Source: the human T2T-CHM13v2.0 reference genome, Homo sapiens. From it: a stretch of 64,000 bases of DNA. Under the pieces are notes generated by a model, which saw only the letters and a list, made by a program, of their open reading frames with translations, did no database searches and had not been told where the DNA came from. Both the position numbers and the translations under genes were made by a program. Where the stretch lies: the NCBI RefSeq assembly GCF_009914755.1, contig NC_060926.1; one strand, written 5' to 3'. Position 1 is the stretch's first letter, and the number at the start of each line of letters is the position of its first letter. Shown here in pieces: positions 46,363 to 60,040 of this stretch.

Positions 46363-46472
46363 AGCATATCATGCAATTTTTGAGACATATACTAAAAAAT
46401 TCCTCCTTGTTTACCTGAAATTCAAATTTAACTGGTTGCCCTGCATTTTATTTGCAAAATCTGGCAACTCTA
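46363..46472. mobile_element. One arm of the palindromic MER53 MITE
   Basis: 'tatactaaaaaatt...ttgtttacctgaaattcaaatttaactgg...ctgcattttatttgcaaaatctggcaactcta'; the complementary arm is absent. Confidence 0.85.
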
Positions 46473-49019
46473 GTTACATGTAACTTTCAAAGTAATATAT
46501 TTCCCTATCTAAAAGAAATTAGCATCAATATAAAATTAACTTATGAAAATCTTTTTGTATGTACATTCAACTTATTAATAAAGGCAACTAAATGGAAAAA
46601 AAGGTTGAGAAGTACTGTCACCATGGACGTAGTTTATTTTTTTAAGTCAGCTTTTTCTTTTAAGTAGTCAAGGAATCTTTGATAGGACCTTGGCATCTCT
46701 GAATGACAGTCTCTTCTTCTCAGCATTGGAAAAAGAGGAATATTTTTGGTTGCCAAATACCCTTATTTGTATCCCAAGAAGAAAATTGTAAAGCTGAAAT
46801 TATAACTAACTTAGCCAATGTCATACTTTTTTTTTTTTGGTGTTCTCACCTGAAGATGCTGAAAGAAGGTAGTACTGCTTTTCCGAAAGTGAAAATGTTG
46901 TCTTAATATACTAATCCAACTACACTCTCTCACCAAAGATTGTAGTGGCAGGCAAAGCCCCTTGGTCCATGTTGAAGGGAGATGTGGAGTGAACTCACTT
47001 GGAAGTAGAACTGCATTTATAGAAGAAATGTTATAGCTGCACATGTCAACTTTTTCTGCTCTATAACAAATGTGCCAACTGGAAGCCCACCTGAAAGTCT
47101 GCTGCAAAGCCTAGTGCTGACATAATAGATTAACCTTGATAGTATGCAAACAACGTTTTTCTCTGTACTATTCTCTTGCCTCAGTGATATCACCATGTAA
47201 TGAGAGAAAGTGATGAGGGAAAAGATCATTATAAGTGTCTTAGTGAAAGGTAATTCAGAGCATAGCAAATAAAACTATACATAATTGGTCAAGAACAAGG
47301 ACTTGAATTTGAGGACAATCAGGTATAGGATGTCTTCTGTCTTCCTTTGGAATGCAGCTCTGTGAGACAGCAGGTACATATTTGCTGCAAAAGTATAACA
47401 TATGGTGAAGGGAAATTGAAATGAGCTAAGGGACAAACCAAATACAGTATTTTCTCTTTTCCTTATAATACAAGTGATATGTTGCTAACGGAAAAATAGG
47501 ATTCAGTGTATTTCGAACTTGAATATAAGGATGATACCCTTTTGGAAACATAGTGACTGACACTGGACATGTATAGGGAGAATTTTAAATGATATATGAA
47601 TTTAGTAAAAGTACAGACATCATTTCCTAGTGGTCCAGAACATACACAGAACACAAATTGTCAAGCCAAGAGACTTATAAATACAGCAAACTCTTCTGTT
47701 CTCAGATAAAACTGTAAAAATAAATGAAGTCATCAACAATATCAAGTGTAATTTAATAATAATTTTTCATTCGACATTTAATAGTTTCCAGATGGCTTGA
47801 TATTTCTCCAAAAATAAAGATAATATATACATTTATGAAATGAAAGCAAGCAGTTAATTACTTTCTAGAAATAGAAGCAAAAATCTGATAAAATATGCAA
47901 CTTAGATTTATCAACTACATTTATCTATAATCATAGATATATAGAAGAATATTTAATAAAGATATGTATTTAATTTGCTTCAGAAGATTTACCTCATTCA
48001 GGAAGTGTTCATTTTTTTCTCTGCTTAATTTTCTCCTTTCTATCCATGTTTTTATTTGTGAAGTATACTTGTTTCCTATTATGAGTTATTTGATAGTAAA
48101 ACATTATTTTAATTTTTCTTCTTTAACACAAGTTGGAAAATGGCTTTAAATAACTGTACACAGGAACTTAGCTAATGCTTGTCATTCTACTAGACCCTGT
48201 GAATGTTAAATGCCCAAGGATAAGAGGATGTAATAGGGTATTTTGATGTGTTTTGCACTTGCTTTATTGTGCATACATAAGGCGCAAAACAGGGACTTCA
48301 ACATTGTTTCTGTAGTGTCAACTTTTTTCTTGTGTCCTGAACCTAATGATTTTTCTTAGTCCCAAGATGTTTATAATATGGTTTAAGGCATTCTACAACT
48401 CAAAAAAGTTTAAGGCACCCCACAACTCAAAAAAGTTCATGGGAATTTAAAATAAAATGGAAAGTAAACAACATTTCCTTATATAGCAGCCCTGGTGGGT
48501 ATGGCAGGAGACATTCACCAAGATACATATGTAACACAAACCTTATAAACTTTTTAAAAAGAGATATCATATAGCATATGTTCTTAGACCACAATGGAAT
48601 TAAAATATAAACCAATAGAAAGATATTTGAAAAATCCTCAAACAATTGGATTTTAAACCATACACTTCTAAGTAACCCAAAGGTCAAAGAGTAAGTCTCA
48701 AAGGAAATTAACTAAATGAAGATGAAACCGTATTAAAATTTGTGGAATGCAGCTAAGGCAGTGCTTACAGGGAAACTTTATGTTAAATATTTATATTATA
48801 AAGGAAGAAACATCTTGATTCAGTAACCTAAGCTTCCACATTAAGGGCCTAAAGAGAAAAAAAAAAACACAAGAACAAGTTAAATCTAAAGGAAAGAAAG
48901 AAAAGTTATAATAAAGGTAATATCAGAAATCAATAAAGTTGATAACAGAAAAAAAGTGAGAAAAACCATTCAAACCAAAATCTGATACTTTGAAAAGATC
49001 AATAAAATGGATAAACTTC

Positions 49020-49573
49020 TGTGATGGTTAATTGTCAACTTGATTGGATTTAAGGATCCAAAGTATTGTTCCTGGGTGTGTCCATGAGGGTGTTGCTAAA
49101 GGAGATTAACATTTGAGTCAGTGGACTGGGAGAAGCAGACCCACCCTCAGTCTGTGTGGGCACCATCTAATCAGCTGGCAACTGCCTGGCTAGAATAAAG
49201 CAAAAAGAAGAACGTGGAAAGACTAGACTGGTTTAGTCTTCTGGCCTACATCTTTCTCCCATGCTGGATGTTTCCTGCCCTCGAACATCAGACTGCAAGT
49301 TCTTCAGCTTTTGGACTCTTGGATTCACAGCAGTGGTTTGCCAGGGGCTCTTGGGCCTTTGGCCACAGACTGAAGGCTACACTGTCAGCTTCCCTACTTT
49401 TGAGGTTCTGGGACTCAGACTGATCCACCACTGGCTTCCTTGCTCCTCAACTTGTACACAGCCTATCATGGGGCTTTACCTTGTGATCCTGTGAGTCAAT
49501 TCTGAATAAACTCTGTTTCATATATACATCTATCCTATTAGTTCTGTCCCTCTAGAGAATCCTGACTAATACA
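49020..49573 (+). mobile_element. MLT2A2-like HERV-L solo LTR
   Basis: 'tgtgatggttaat...gtcaacttgattggatt' to 'ttagttctgtccctctagagaatcctgactaataca'; TSD ACTTC/ACCTC. Confidence 0.93.
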
Positions 49574-50341
49574 ACCTCTAACCAGACTGACATAGAAAAA
49601 AAAAAGAAAGAGAAGACAAAAAAATAACATTAGGAATGAGAGAGATGGTATCACTATTCACTCCATAGATACTCAAAAGCTAATAAGAGCATGCTACAAA
49701 TATATTTAAGAATGGAGAGAATAATGCCAAGTCATTGAAATGTCCAAACTGTCAAAACTTGCAAAATAAATATGTGTGTATGTTGTAACTTAAGCGTTCC
49801 TATATTACTATATCTACTAAAGATTGACACTATAGATAAAAACCTTCCAAAAATAAAAACTTCAGGCTCAGGTGGTTTCTGTTCCAGAGTCTACCCAAAA
49901 TTTAAGAAAGACATAATTCATCTTTTATAGTTTCTCCCAGGAAATAAGAGAAAAATATACATTGCTTTAATGTAAAAATCAGATAATTATACTATATAGC
50001 AGTACATCATCATCAACATACATAAAAATTTTCAATCCCATTAAAATGTAGCACTGTATATATATAAATGTATATATATTCATGTGTGTGTTTGTGTGTG
50101 TGTACAGTATTTTGGGATGAACCCCATTTGTCATGGCCATATTTATATAAAATATATAAAAATTTATGTATATTTATATATATAATTATATAAACAAATA
50201 CATAAAAATCATTACAAGTGACGTTCATCCCAAAATACAAAAAGTTCAATATTCAATGTAATTCACCATATTAGTAAACCAAAAAAACACATGATTATCT
50301 CAGTAGATGCAGAACAAAACATTCAACACGATTCAAATCTA

Positions 50342-50689
<348 letters not shown>

Positions 50690-52407
50690 CTAAGAAGAGA
50701 ACTCCCTTAATCTAATAAAGGGCATCTCTGAAAATATCTGTACTAATATTATGCCTCATGGTGACATGGTGAGGGACTGTTTTTCCTTAAGATTGAAAAG
50801 TTGGAAGACTGTCCTGTCTCACCACTCCTATTCAATGTTACACTGAAAGCACTAGCTCACTAGCTGTGCAATAAAACAAGGCAAAGAAAAGCATATAGAT
50901 TAGAGAGGAAGAAATAAAATTGCTTTAATCTGTAGACTAAATGATTGTGTAAGTAGAAAATTGCAAAGAATCTTCATAAGAGCCCCTAGATCTAATAAGT
51001 GAATTCAACAAGTTGCAGGATACAAGGTCAATACACAAAAGTTAATCATATTCTTATACACAAGCAGTCCATAATTGGAAATTAAAATTTTAAAAATACC
51101 CTCATAAGGTACTAAAAACAGTGCTTAGATATGAATCTAAGAAAACATGTGTAGTAAGATCTGTATGCTAAAATCTACACAAAACTAAACGAATTATTCA
51201 AAGATCTAAATAAAGAGAAATACCATATTTATGGATTAAAAGACTCAGTATTTCCAAAATCTTAATTCCCCCCAACTTGACCCATAGATTTAGGCATTGC
51301 CATTGAAAATCCAAGGAAGCATATTTTATAGATGTTTATAAACATTTTAAAATTTATGTGGAAAGAAAAAGGAAGTAGAATAGCCAAAATTATCCTGGAA
51401 AAAAAAAACAAAAACAAAGAGGACTCACATTACCTAATTTCAAGATATACTATGAACTACAGTAATGAAGACAATGTGGTATTGACAAATGGGTAGATCA
51501 ATGGAAGAGAATAGCTAGCCCATATATAGACCCATAAACATATACCAACTGATTTTTAACAATGGCGTGAAAGCAATTAGATGGAGAAAGGATAGTCTTT
51601 TCAATAATTGTTGCTGGAACACTTAAATACTCACATGACAAAAGGGAATCTCAATACCTACCTTATTTATTCCTGATACAAAAATTAACTCAGAGGAGAT
51701 CGTGGACCTAAATGTAAAATATTAAAAAATAAAACTTTAAGAAAACATAGGAAAAAATCTATATGATGTTTGTATTGTCATATTGGGTTTGTCAGAGGTT
51801 TTTTAGATGTGACACCAAAAGTATGATCCATAAAACCTATAAGTTGGGCTCTATCAATATTAAAAACTTAGGCTCAATGAAAAACCCTGTTAGGAGAATG
51901 TAAAGATAAGCCCCAGCAGGGAGAAAATATTTGCAAGCCATATATCTGATAAAGGACCTACACCCAGATGATATCAAGAACACTTAAAATTCAACAATAT
52001 GTAAAGAAATGAACAAAAGATTTGAACAGACACTTCACTGAAGAAGATATATAGATGACAAATGAACACATGAAAATACGCTCAATGTCATTTGTCATTA
52101 GGAAAATATAAATAATTAAAACCAAAATTATAAACCACCAAATTCTTATTAGAATAGCTAAAATGAAAAATATTAATAATACTAAATGCTGGCAAAGATG
52201 TGGAGCAACTGGAATTCACAAAGGCTAAACTTGAAAATCAAATTATGAAACTTAAGTAGAGATTGTTAGAAAATTCCAAAGAACATGATTAAGGTAAGAA
52301 TTAATATGAAAGATTTTGAGTTTCATAAATACAGATATCTACATGAAGACAGATAATTTGCAATTTCCACAAAATAGATACCAATTAAAAATTTAAAATA
52401 TGGTGAT

Positions 52408-52803
52408 TGCTATGGTTTGAATGTGTCTCTCAAAGTTCATGTGTTGGAAATTTAATCCCTAATGCAACATTGTTGAGAGGTGGGACCTTTAGGACACGAT
52501 TAGGTCATGTGGGCTCTGACCTCATGAACTGATTATGTTCCTATCTAGAGAGTGGCTTCCTCATTACAAGAGTGAGATGTGTCATAAAAGTGAATTCAGC
52601 CCTCTCTTGCTATCTCTTGTGTGCTCTTTCACCATGTGATGCCTTCTGCCATGTTATAACACAGGAAGAAGAACCTCACAAGATGTGATGCTTTGGTTTT
52701 GGACTTACCAACCTTCACAAGCATGAGCTAAGCAAATTTCTATTCTTTATAAATTACCTAGTCCTGTGTATTTTGTTATAGCAGAACAAAATAGACTAAG
52801 ACA
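52408..52803 (+). mobile_element. MSTC/MSTD-like MaLR solo LTR
   Basis: 'tgctatggtttgaatgtgtc...caaagttcatgtgttggaaatttaatcc' to 'ttgttatagcagaacaaaatagactaagaca'. Confidence 0.9.
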
Positions 52804-53439
52804 GTAGACAGTCAACAGAGAGTAGTATGAATCCACTGTAAATCTTTTCTCACATTTTTAATTTGATTAATCATTATAATCCTTTTCACTTGTCAGAAAG
52901 TAAATACTGATATCCTTTTACTTATACTAATGTCAACACACTTTTAATGTACATTTATAAAATTTTTCAAAAATTATTTTTTTAATTGATGTAATGCATT
53001 TTTATTATTCAAGTGACTCCTATGTGTATATACAAATTATCCTGATCATTCATGAGTTCAGATCTTTTGATATACATTTTCAATGACTTGATGAAATTAT
53101 TTTGTTCACTGACAACAATAATTACTATGAAAATGGATATAAATGTATAAAATTAAATGATAGTTCCAAATGACAAAACAAGAAGCTGAGCCATGTAAGT
53201 AAACAAATTAATTTTCTTGGATATTATTTTACAGGTGTCACATTTGAAATATGTTATTATTGAGTGTATTTGGCTCCATTCTCTTCTACATGCTTTTTCA
53301 GTTATCACAAGGAGACGCACTTTCTGGGCTTCTCTACTTATATGTTCTTCTGGAGTACCATTGGTTGTGTAAATGGGGTGAATGGAATGGATTTTTATCT
53401 GTATCTTTTCGTAAAGTTCATTTTTCTTAAGAAAACAAT

Positions 53440-53617
53440 ATGGATTTAGAGTTAGTTTCATGACCTAATAGCTCTGCAATCTTGATCAGGAGAATATCTA
53501 TCTGAAACTGTTTTCTTTTCATCTCAATTAAACAACTAACATGCTTGTTGTGAAAATTAAATAAACAATGGTAAGAGATAATGTCTGGCACATAACAGTC
53601 TCTCAATAAAAGTTAGT
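53440..53617 (+). mobile_element. MIR (decayed)
   Basis: 'ttgttgtgaaaattaaataaa...tgtctggcacataacagtctctcaataaaagttag'. Confidence 0.65.
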
Positions 53618-53889
53618 CAATAGTTTCTTCTCTTTTCTCCTTTCCTTTTCTTGATTCCTCTGAGAGAATAATTTGTACATTTTGTTGTTGTTGATCCCCA
53701 AGAATGCTGAAAGTGTAGTAGAATGTAGTGGGGAAAAAATAGAAGTTTATAATATACTTTATAAGGTTACATGAGTTGATGCCTTATAAATTGATGGTTG
53801 AAGCCCTTGCTATGTAGGAATATTGCTGATGTAATATAAAAGTATTCTGGAAAGAAATCAAGTCAATTTATCTGAGATTTTAGGGCACC

Positions 53890-54095
53890 CCAAATCCTGC
53901 ATAAACCTGCATGTTATAAGTGTGCTTAGAGACACAAAGATGAACAGGAAGAGTCCTGGCCCTTAAGGAAGGTGCAACTAACTTGATAGAGATATGAAAT
54001 AAGCTATAAAGTACCCATAAAACAGAGCAGAATAAAATAAACGCTAGGTTGAGGTAGAAACAGTGTGCTGCTGTGAGATAGGAGAAAGAAAAACT
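53890..54095 (-). mobile_element. L2c-like 3' fragment
   Basis: 'agagacacaaagatgaacaggaagagtcctggcccttaagga'. Confidence 0.6.
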
Positions 54096-54589
54096 GTTTT
54101 TATTTGAATTTTAGTGAGAGATACTGCAAAACTTGATACAGAAAATGGCAAAAAAGTGACTGGATTTTTCCCATGGTGCCACATTCTTATTTCACACAAT
54201 TTTGGAGTTTAACTAACATGCATGTCATATAATGTGCCAAGTTTGGGCTAAAAGATGGCACTGCAAAAAACAAAGGAAAAGTTATTTTTGTCCCAATACA
54301 TTAGCTAATGTGCTAATAAGGGAGTCACGTAGGTTAGCTGGCATATTGTCCATAAATTTGCTAATGTACTTAGGAAATGTGTGCGAAAGTAATTTGGAAG
54401 TATTTTCATGTTCCATATAGTAGTGTAGTAGTAGCAGCAGTGGTAGTAGGAGTAATAAAATGGCAGCAGTAGGAATAGTGACCCCGAGTGCTACTTCATA
54501 AGTAAATCACTGTCTTTTTTGTTCTGTCAGTGTCTACATTACTTATCTGTTTGATTAGTGTTTTTATAATGAGTGTCAATGTAGGCTTT

Positions 54590-55770
54590 TTTGCAATATC
54601 TTTTATTGAGATGTAATTTACATACAACAAAATGCACAGATATTAGGTATACTGTTCAACGAGTTTTGATAAATGCATAAAATGCAACTTACATCTATAT
54701 AAAAAAATAGCATATTTCCACAATCCCAGAAAGGTCCCAAAGTATCCTGTTTTTATTTTTATGATCAGATGTTTTTATTTTTATGATTACCAATTGGTTT
54801 TTTTCTGTTATAGAGCTTCTTATAGAAATACAGTATGAATAAAATATGTATTTTATGTCTGGCTTCATTTACTCAACATAATGCTTTTGAGGTTCAGCAA
54901 TGTAATTAGGATACTAGAAATTTGTTTCTTTTTATTTTTGAGTTGGATTCAGTGATTTGGTGATAACTGTTTAACAACTGGCTTTCAAGCAAACAAACAA
55001 AAACTGAGTGTTAGTGTTTGTCTATTCCCATGATGTAAATACTCTGAGGGTAGCCAATTTCATGCTACTAACATGTCCTCCATCATTTTGAAAAATTACT
55101 GAGAACTGAACAGCTACTTCTTGTGACCCAGCATGAGCTGGCTCCAACACACTACAGGTCATCTCCCATTGTATGAGTATAGTACAACTTGTTTTCAATA
55201 ATACAACTTTTATATTATTATGACTAAAGCTCTTACAAATATTCTTTTGCAAGTTTTTGGGTAAAAATACATTTCCATTACTCCTAGATAAATACATAGA
55301 AGTAGAATTGGTTAGTCATAGGGTACGTGTAAGTTTAACTTTATAAGAAAAAATTGCCAAACACTTCAAAGATATTGCAACATTTTGTACTTTCAACAAA
55401 GTCTAGCAGTTCCAGTTGCTCCATATATTTGATATTATCACTCTTTTTAATTTTAGCAATTTTTATTCAAATCATGTCTCACTGTGTTCTTTTTTTCCTT
55501 TTACGACTAATAGTGATGAGGAGTATTTCATGTGCTTATTGGCCAGCTGTTTATGTTTCTTTGTGAAGTGTCTGTTTAAGTCTTTTGACCATCTTTAAGG
55601 TCAATTACTGAATTGTAAGAGTTCATTATTACATCTTAACATAAAGTTCTTTGTCATATATAGTATACATTATATATCTATATATCTATAATTTATCATC
55701 TATCAATTATCTATCTATCTATCTAATATTTTCTCCCAGGTTGTGACTTGCTTATTTTCCTTTTTGGTGA
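54590..55770 (-). mobile_element. L1ME/L1MD-type 3' region, interrupted by MER63
   Basis: 'ttttattgagatgtaatttacatacaacaaaatgcacagat', 'tgtctggcttcatttactcaacataatg', 'ttctttgtgaagtgtctgtttaagtcttttgacc'. Confidence 0.85.
54950..55156. mobile_element. MER63-like hAT-Blackjack MITE
   Basis: 'tgtttaacaactggct', 'tgatgtaaatactc...gccaatttcatgctactaac', terminus 'gagctggctccaacacacta'. Confidence 0.75.
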
Positions 55771-56662
55771 CTTTCACTAAATTAATGGACTTTTTTTAGA
55801 GCAGATTTGGTTTCACAGAAATGTAGCAAGTACAGAGAATTCCTTTATACACATTGAAAAAGGGAAGAGAATGCTCAATCTATTTTTTTCCTTTTAAAAA
55901 ACTGGTGAAAGAGTATCTCAGCTTTTGTTTACCTGAACAAGCCTATAGTTTATTTTCATTTTGTAGAAATATTGTTTTAAATACAGAATTTTTGTTTTTA
56001 TAGTTTTAGTATTTTTTTCAGCATTTGAATGATGTTATTCCATTATCTTGTGGCTTTCATTTTTTCTGATGAGAAGACAGAATATTTTATATTATTTCCC
56101 CCTTGGTCCTCATGTATAATATTTTTTTTTCTTGATTGTTTTAGGATTTTTGTTCTTAGTTTTAGATTTTAGAGATTTCCCTATGATACACAGGTGTAGT
56201 TTCCTTTATATTTCTTCTGTGAGCTTCTCAGATTTGTGGTTTGATTATTTTTTCTACTTTGGTAAAATTTCAGCCATTATTTCTTCAGTTTTTTAAAATG
56301 AGTTCATTTCTTTTTCCATTCTAGTATTCTAGTTATAAACAAGTTAGGACCCTTGACAATGCCCTACATTTTTGAAGCCCTGTTCATTCTTTTTATTTCA
56401 GTGTTTTTCTCTCTTGATTGATTGTATATGCTTTCTATTGCTCTGTCTTCAAGTCTATTGATCTTTCATTTTTAGAGTTTTTAGTTTGTTATCAAGCCCA
56501 TTTATTAAATTTGACATGTTAATTATTGTATTTTTCAGTTATAGGATATTCATATGGCTTTTTAAATTTGTTTGTTTTCATTTCCTGGCTGAAATTATCT
56601 TTCTGTTCACTCATTGTGATCATGATTTTTGTTAAATCCTGAGCACACATGTATTGTATTAG

Positions 56663-56663
<1 letters not shown>

Positions 56664-56703
<40 letters not shown>
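56664..56703. repeat. (TG)20 microsatellite
   Basis: Perfect run counted directly. Confidence 0.97.
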
Positions 56704-56705
<2 letters not shown>

Positions 56706-56708
<3 letters not shown>

Positions 56709-57582
56709 TTGTTTCTATTTTGGGGACCTTGCTGACCCTAGAAGAAATACCTCTTTCGGGACTAGTCAGTTCCTTCAGATAGTAAATAGCTTGTCTTTGA
56801 GCCTAACTTTCATATGCAAACCAATCCAGAGCCCACGCCCCCAGCCACCTCCTCTACTGGGCTCTCATACTCTGGGAAACTGTCCACCTGCCGTAATTAC
56901 CCCTGGGCCAAGTACCAGGCAACTAGGGGCAGTCCCTATGCCCTAGAGCCCACAAAAATTATTCAGATTAGCCAGTCCTAAGCCTGCTTACTCTGCCCCA
57001 ACTGTATGAATATAGTACCATTTATTTTTAACTGCATGAATATAGTATAACTTGTTTTCAATAATACAACTTTTGTATTATTATGACTAAAGCAACTACA
57101 AATATTCTTATGCAAGTTTTTGGGTAAAAATACATTCCTATTACTCCTAGATAAATACCAAGAGTTAGAATTGCTTAGTCATAGGGTATGTGTATGTTTA
57201 ATTTTATAAGAAAAAATTGCCAAACATGTTTTTCAAAGATATTACAACATTTTGCACTTTCAACAAAGTCTAGCAGTTCTAGTTGCTCCATATATTTGAA
57301 AATATTTGGTATTGTCACTCTTTTTAAATTTTAGCCATTTTGATGAAAGTCACGTCTCATTGTGAAACATTTGAACACAGACACGGAAAATACAGGCTGT
57401 GCTTTCCCCTTGATCCCTCTGCCTCCTGACTGATCATGGTGATTCCCCAGTTGGCTCCCCCAGGGTATGGTATACCCCTTCTCTTGGAATATGTGAGTAT
57501 AACAAATGACCTTTTCAATGTCAGTCATCTCCTGATCTGTTGGCATTGTCATATCTATCTACTAATAAAACATTTTAAAGCA
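56706..57582 (+). mobile_element. MER74-like ERV-L LTR split by a ~380 bp insertion (57001-57382)
   Basis: 5' half 'ggggaccttgctgaccct...tttcatatgcaaaccaatccagagccc...cctaagcctgcttactctgcc'; 3' half 'ccctctgcctcctgactga...cttttcaatgtcagtcatctcctgatctgttggc...cattttaaagca'. Confidence 0.8.
57033..57364 (+). repeat. Direct duplicate of 55170-55486 (L1M-derived segment)
   Basis: Hand alignment gives about 31 substitutions and 3 indels over ~315 bp (~90% identity), with long identical runs such as 'aacttgttttcaataatacaactttt' and 'actttcaacaaagtctagcagttc'. Confidence 0.95.
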
Positions 57583-59296
57583 CCCACAAACACATATGCA
57601 CACTTATACATATACCCACATATAAGCATACATATATGTCAACATATTAACATTTGCTAAACATTAACATCTCTGGCCTTTTTCCAATTATGGGTCACAT
57701 TTTCGTGCTTCTTTTTATATTTTATATTGATTTCATTGAGTGCTGGAAATTGTTGATGTTTTACTATAATTCTGAACTTTATTTTCATTAGACAGTGTTA
57801 ATTTTGTCAGACAATTACTTCATTGTTACATCAGCTTGATCTCATCAATACTTGGTTTTAAGCTTTGTTAGGTTGAATCCAGTAGAGCCCTCACTCTAGG
57901 GCATAGTTTTTTCCCTAAGGCATGTCATTTCTAGTGTTTTAGCTGAATAACCATTGTCTTAATAAGGCCACCTCATCCTACCTGGAGGGAGTTCTAACAT
58001 TTTCCTGCACCATATAAGTTCTAAAATCTCTATTCTTCTCACAGCTTCCAGAAGGTCTGGTAGAATCTCACCTATTGCATCCACAGCTTAGTATTTAGCC
58101 AAAGATGGAAGGGGAACCCTATTCATATCCTTGAGGTATCATCTCTAGACAGCTTTTTATCCTGCTGTTATCCTGCTCCATATTTCCAACTCCCTCAGTA
58201 GCCTTGATATTGGTGTTGACTTTCTCTGCACAGTGGGCCTACTGCTACCTGTTTGACTCTAGTCTCGTACCAATGTTTGGATGTGAACACAGAAAGTTCA
58301 GGTGAATGTGACACTAACATTCTGAATATACTTTCTCTTAAGGATTATAGACCCGTGTCTCTGTTTTCCAATGCACAGACAGAATTGCTTCTTATATTTT
58401 GTCCAATATTTATAAATATTTATAGCAGGAGATCAAGTCTGATACTCCTTTGTCAAAACTAAAACCAGAGTGCCAATATATGCTTTTTTGGGAAATTTTT
58501 TTTATGGTTGTTTTCTGAGAGAGGTAAAATGTAGAAATTTCTTACCTTTTTCCTATTACTCATTCTGGTATTGCTTTAGGATTGTTTTTGAATATTATGC
58601 CAACTTCAAGTGACATCTGTGAATTTTGTTCTCTTTCTTATTTCAAGTCTTCCATACATGCTATAATTCTTCCACAAATTGCTCTCTTACACAATGAATT
58701 TCTCTGTGAACTTGTCTTGTCTCATGCATTCAGGTTTTTGAGACCTCACTCTATTATGATGAGCACATTAGGGACTATGTGGATAACTCATTATGATTTT
58801 AGTGCTTTCAAAGAAGAACTATAATGATAAAAACTTGAAGGGAAAAGTACCTTAATAAAGTATATTTTACAATTTCTAATTTTATGAGCTATAATAGGAT
58901 TTATTGTAAAAGTTTCACAGAATATGATTAACTTTAGTCTGCACAGGCTCAATAATTATTTTGAGATAGATTTAGTTGATTTCTTAACAATAATTGGTTC
59001 AGCATAGGATCTGTTTGATTTAATTGCTAATAGAGCCTAAAACAATTTGACCATATTTCAGAATAAGGAGATAAGGTTGATTATATGTAGATATGATCGC
59101 AATTCATAGATCAGTAAATTGAGAAATAACTCCTCCAGCGCTTCAGGCCATTCCAATAGTTAATTTGGGTCACTGTATAGTAAGTTCTATTGAATGATGC
59201 TTGCTCAATAAACACTGATTGAACCTACGCCCTACAAAGAGATTGAACTCAGAGCATGAGAAAACATAGGGAAATCATGGTTACATTTAACATCTT

Positions 59297-59672
59297 TGTA
59301 TTTGTCTGCCAGGGCTGTTGTAACAAAATATTACAGGCTAGGTGGCTTAAACAACAAAAATTTATTTCCTACATTTCTGGAATTTTGAAAGTCCAAGATC
59401 AAGGTGGTGACGGATTTGGTTTCACCTGATGCCTCTCCTTGGCTAGCAGCCTTCATGCTGTGTCCTCACATAATCTTTCCTCTGCACCCAGGCATCCTGA
59501 TGTCTCCTTCTGTTCTAATGACACGAGTCATATTGAATTAGGGCTCCACTCTCATGAGTTTAGTTAGCCTTAATTACCTCCTTAAAGATTTTTCTCCATA
59601 TACAGTCACATTGGGGGTTAGGGCTTCAACAACATATGAATTTTGGAAGGGGACGCACTTCAGTCCATGACA
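59297..59672 (-). mobile_element. MLT1B-like MaLR solo LTR
   Basis: TG...CA ends, 'ggtggcttaaacaacaaaaatttattt', perfect 5-bp TSD ATCTT at 59292-59296 and 59673-59677. Confidence 0.93.
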
Positions 59673-60040
59673 ATCTTCATGTGACAGTATATTCATATGT
59701 AAGAATGCATATCAAATACCAAGAAAAATACTAAGCTATGAAGTTTTTGCTCTTAAGTTTTGCAAACAGGATTAAAATTTTTTTTTCTAAAGAGGACGTA
59801 AAAATCCCATAACTGGGTGGTAACTATTTGAAGATAAAATTAGATAAAATAGAAAATATGCAAATACAATTTGAAATTTATAAACTTGATAGAAACATAA
59901 GGTTTCTATCATTATATGTGTTAAGATTCAGGCTTCCTAGCTTCTCTTTAATGTCCTCTCTGGTGATGTGCTCTCAGGCAAAGACCTCACACTTTAGTGT
60001 GGACCTAATTCTACACCTTTTCACTCTTAAAGATGAAATC

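Larger units (their letters stand above)
55895..58470 (-). mobile_element. Ancient L1M(E) ORF1 and 5' region, interrupted by (TG)n and MER74
   Basis: Antisense ORF1 motifs 'ttttctgatgagaag', 'aaaatttcagccattatttcttca', 'tctgtcttcaagtc'; 5' region 'tgggtcacattttc', 'tggttttaagctttgttagg'. Confidence 0.75.
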
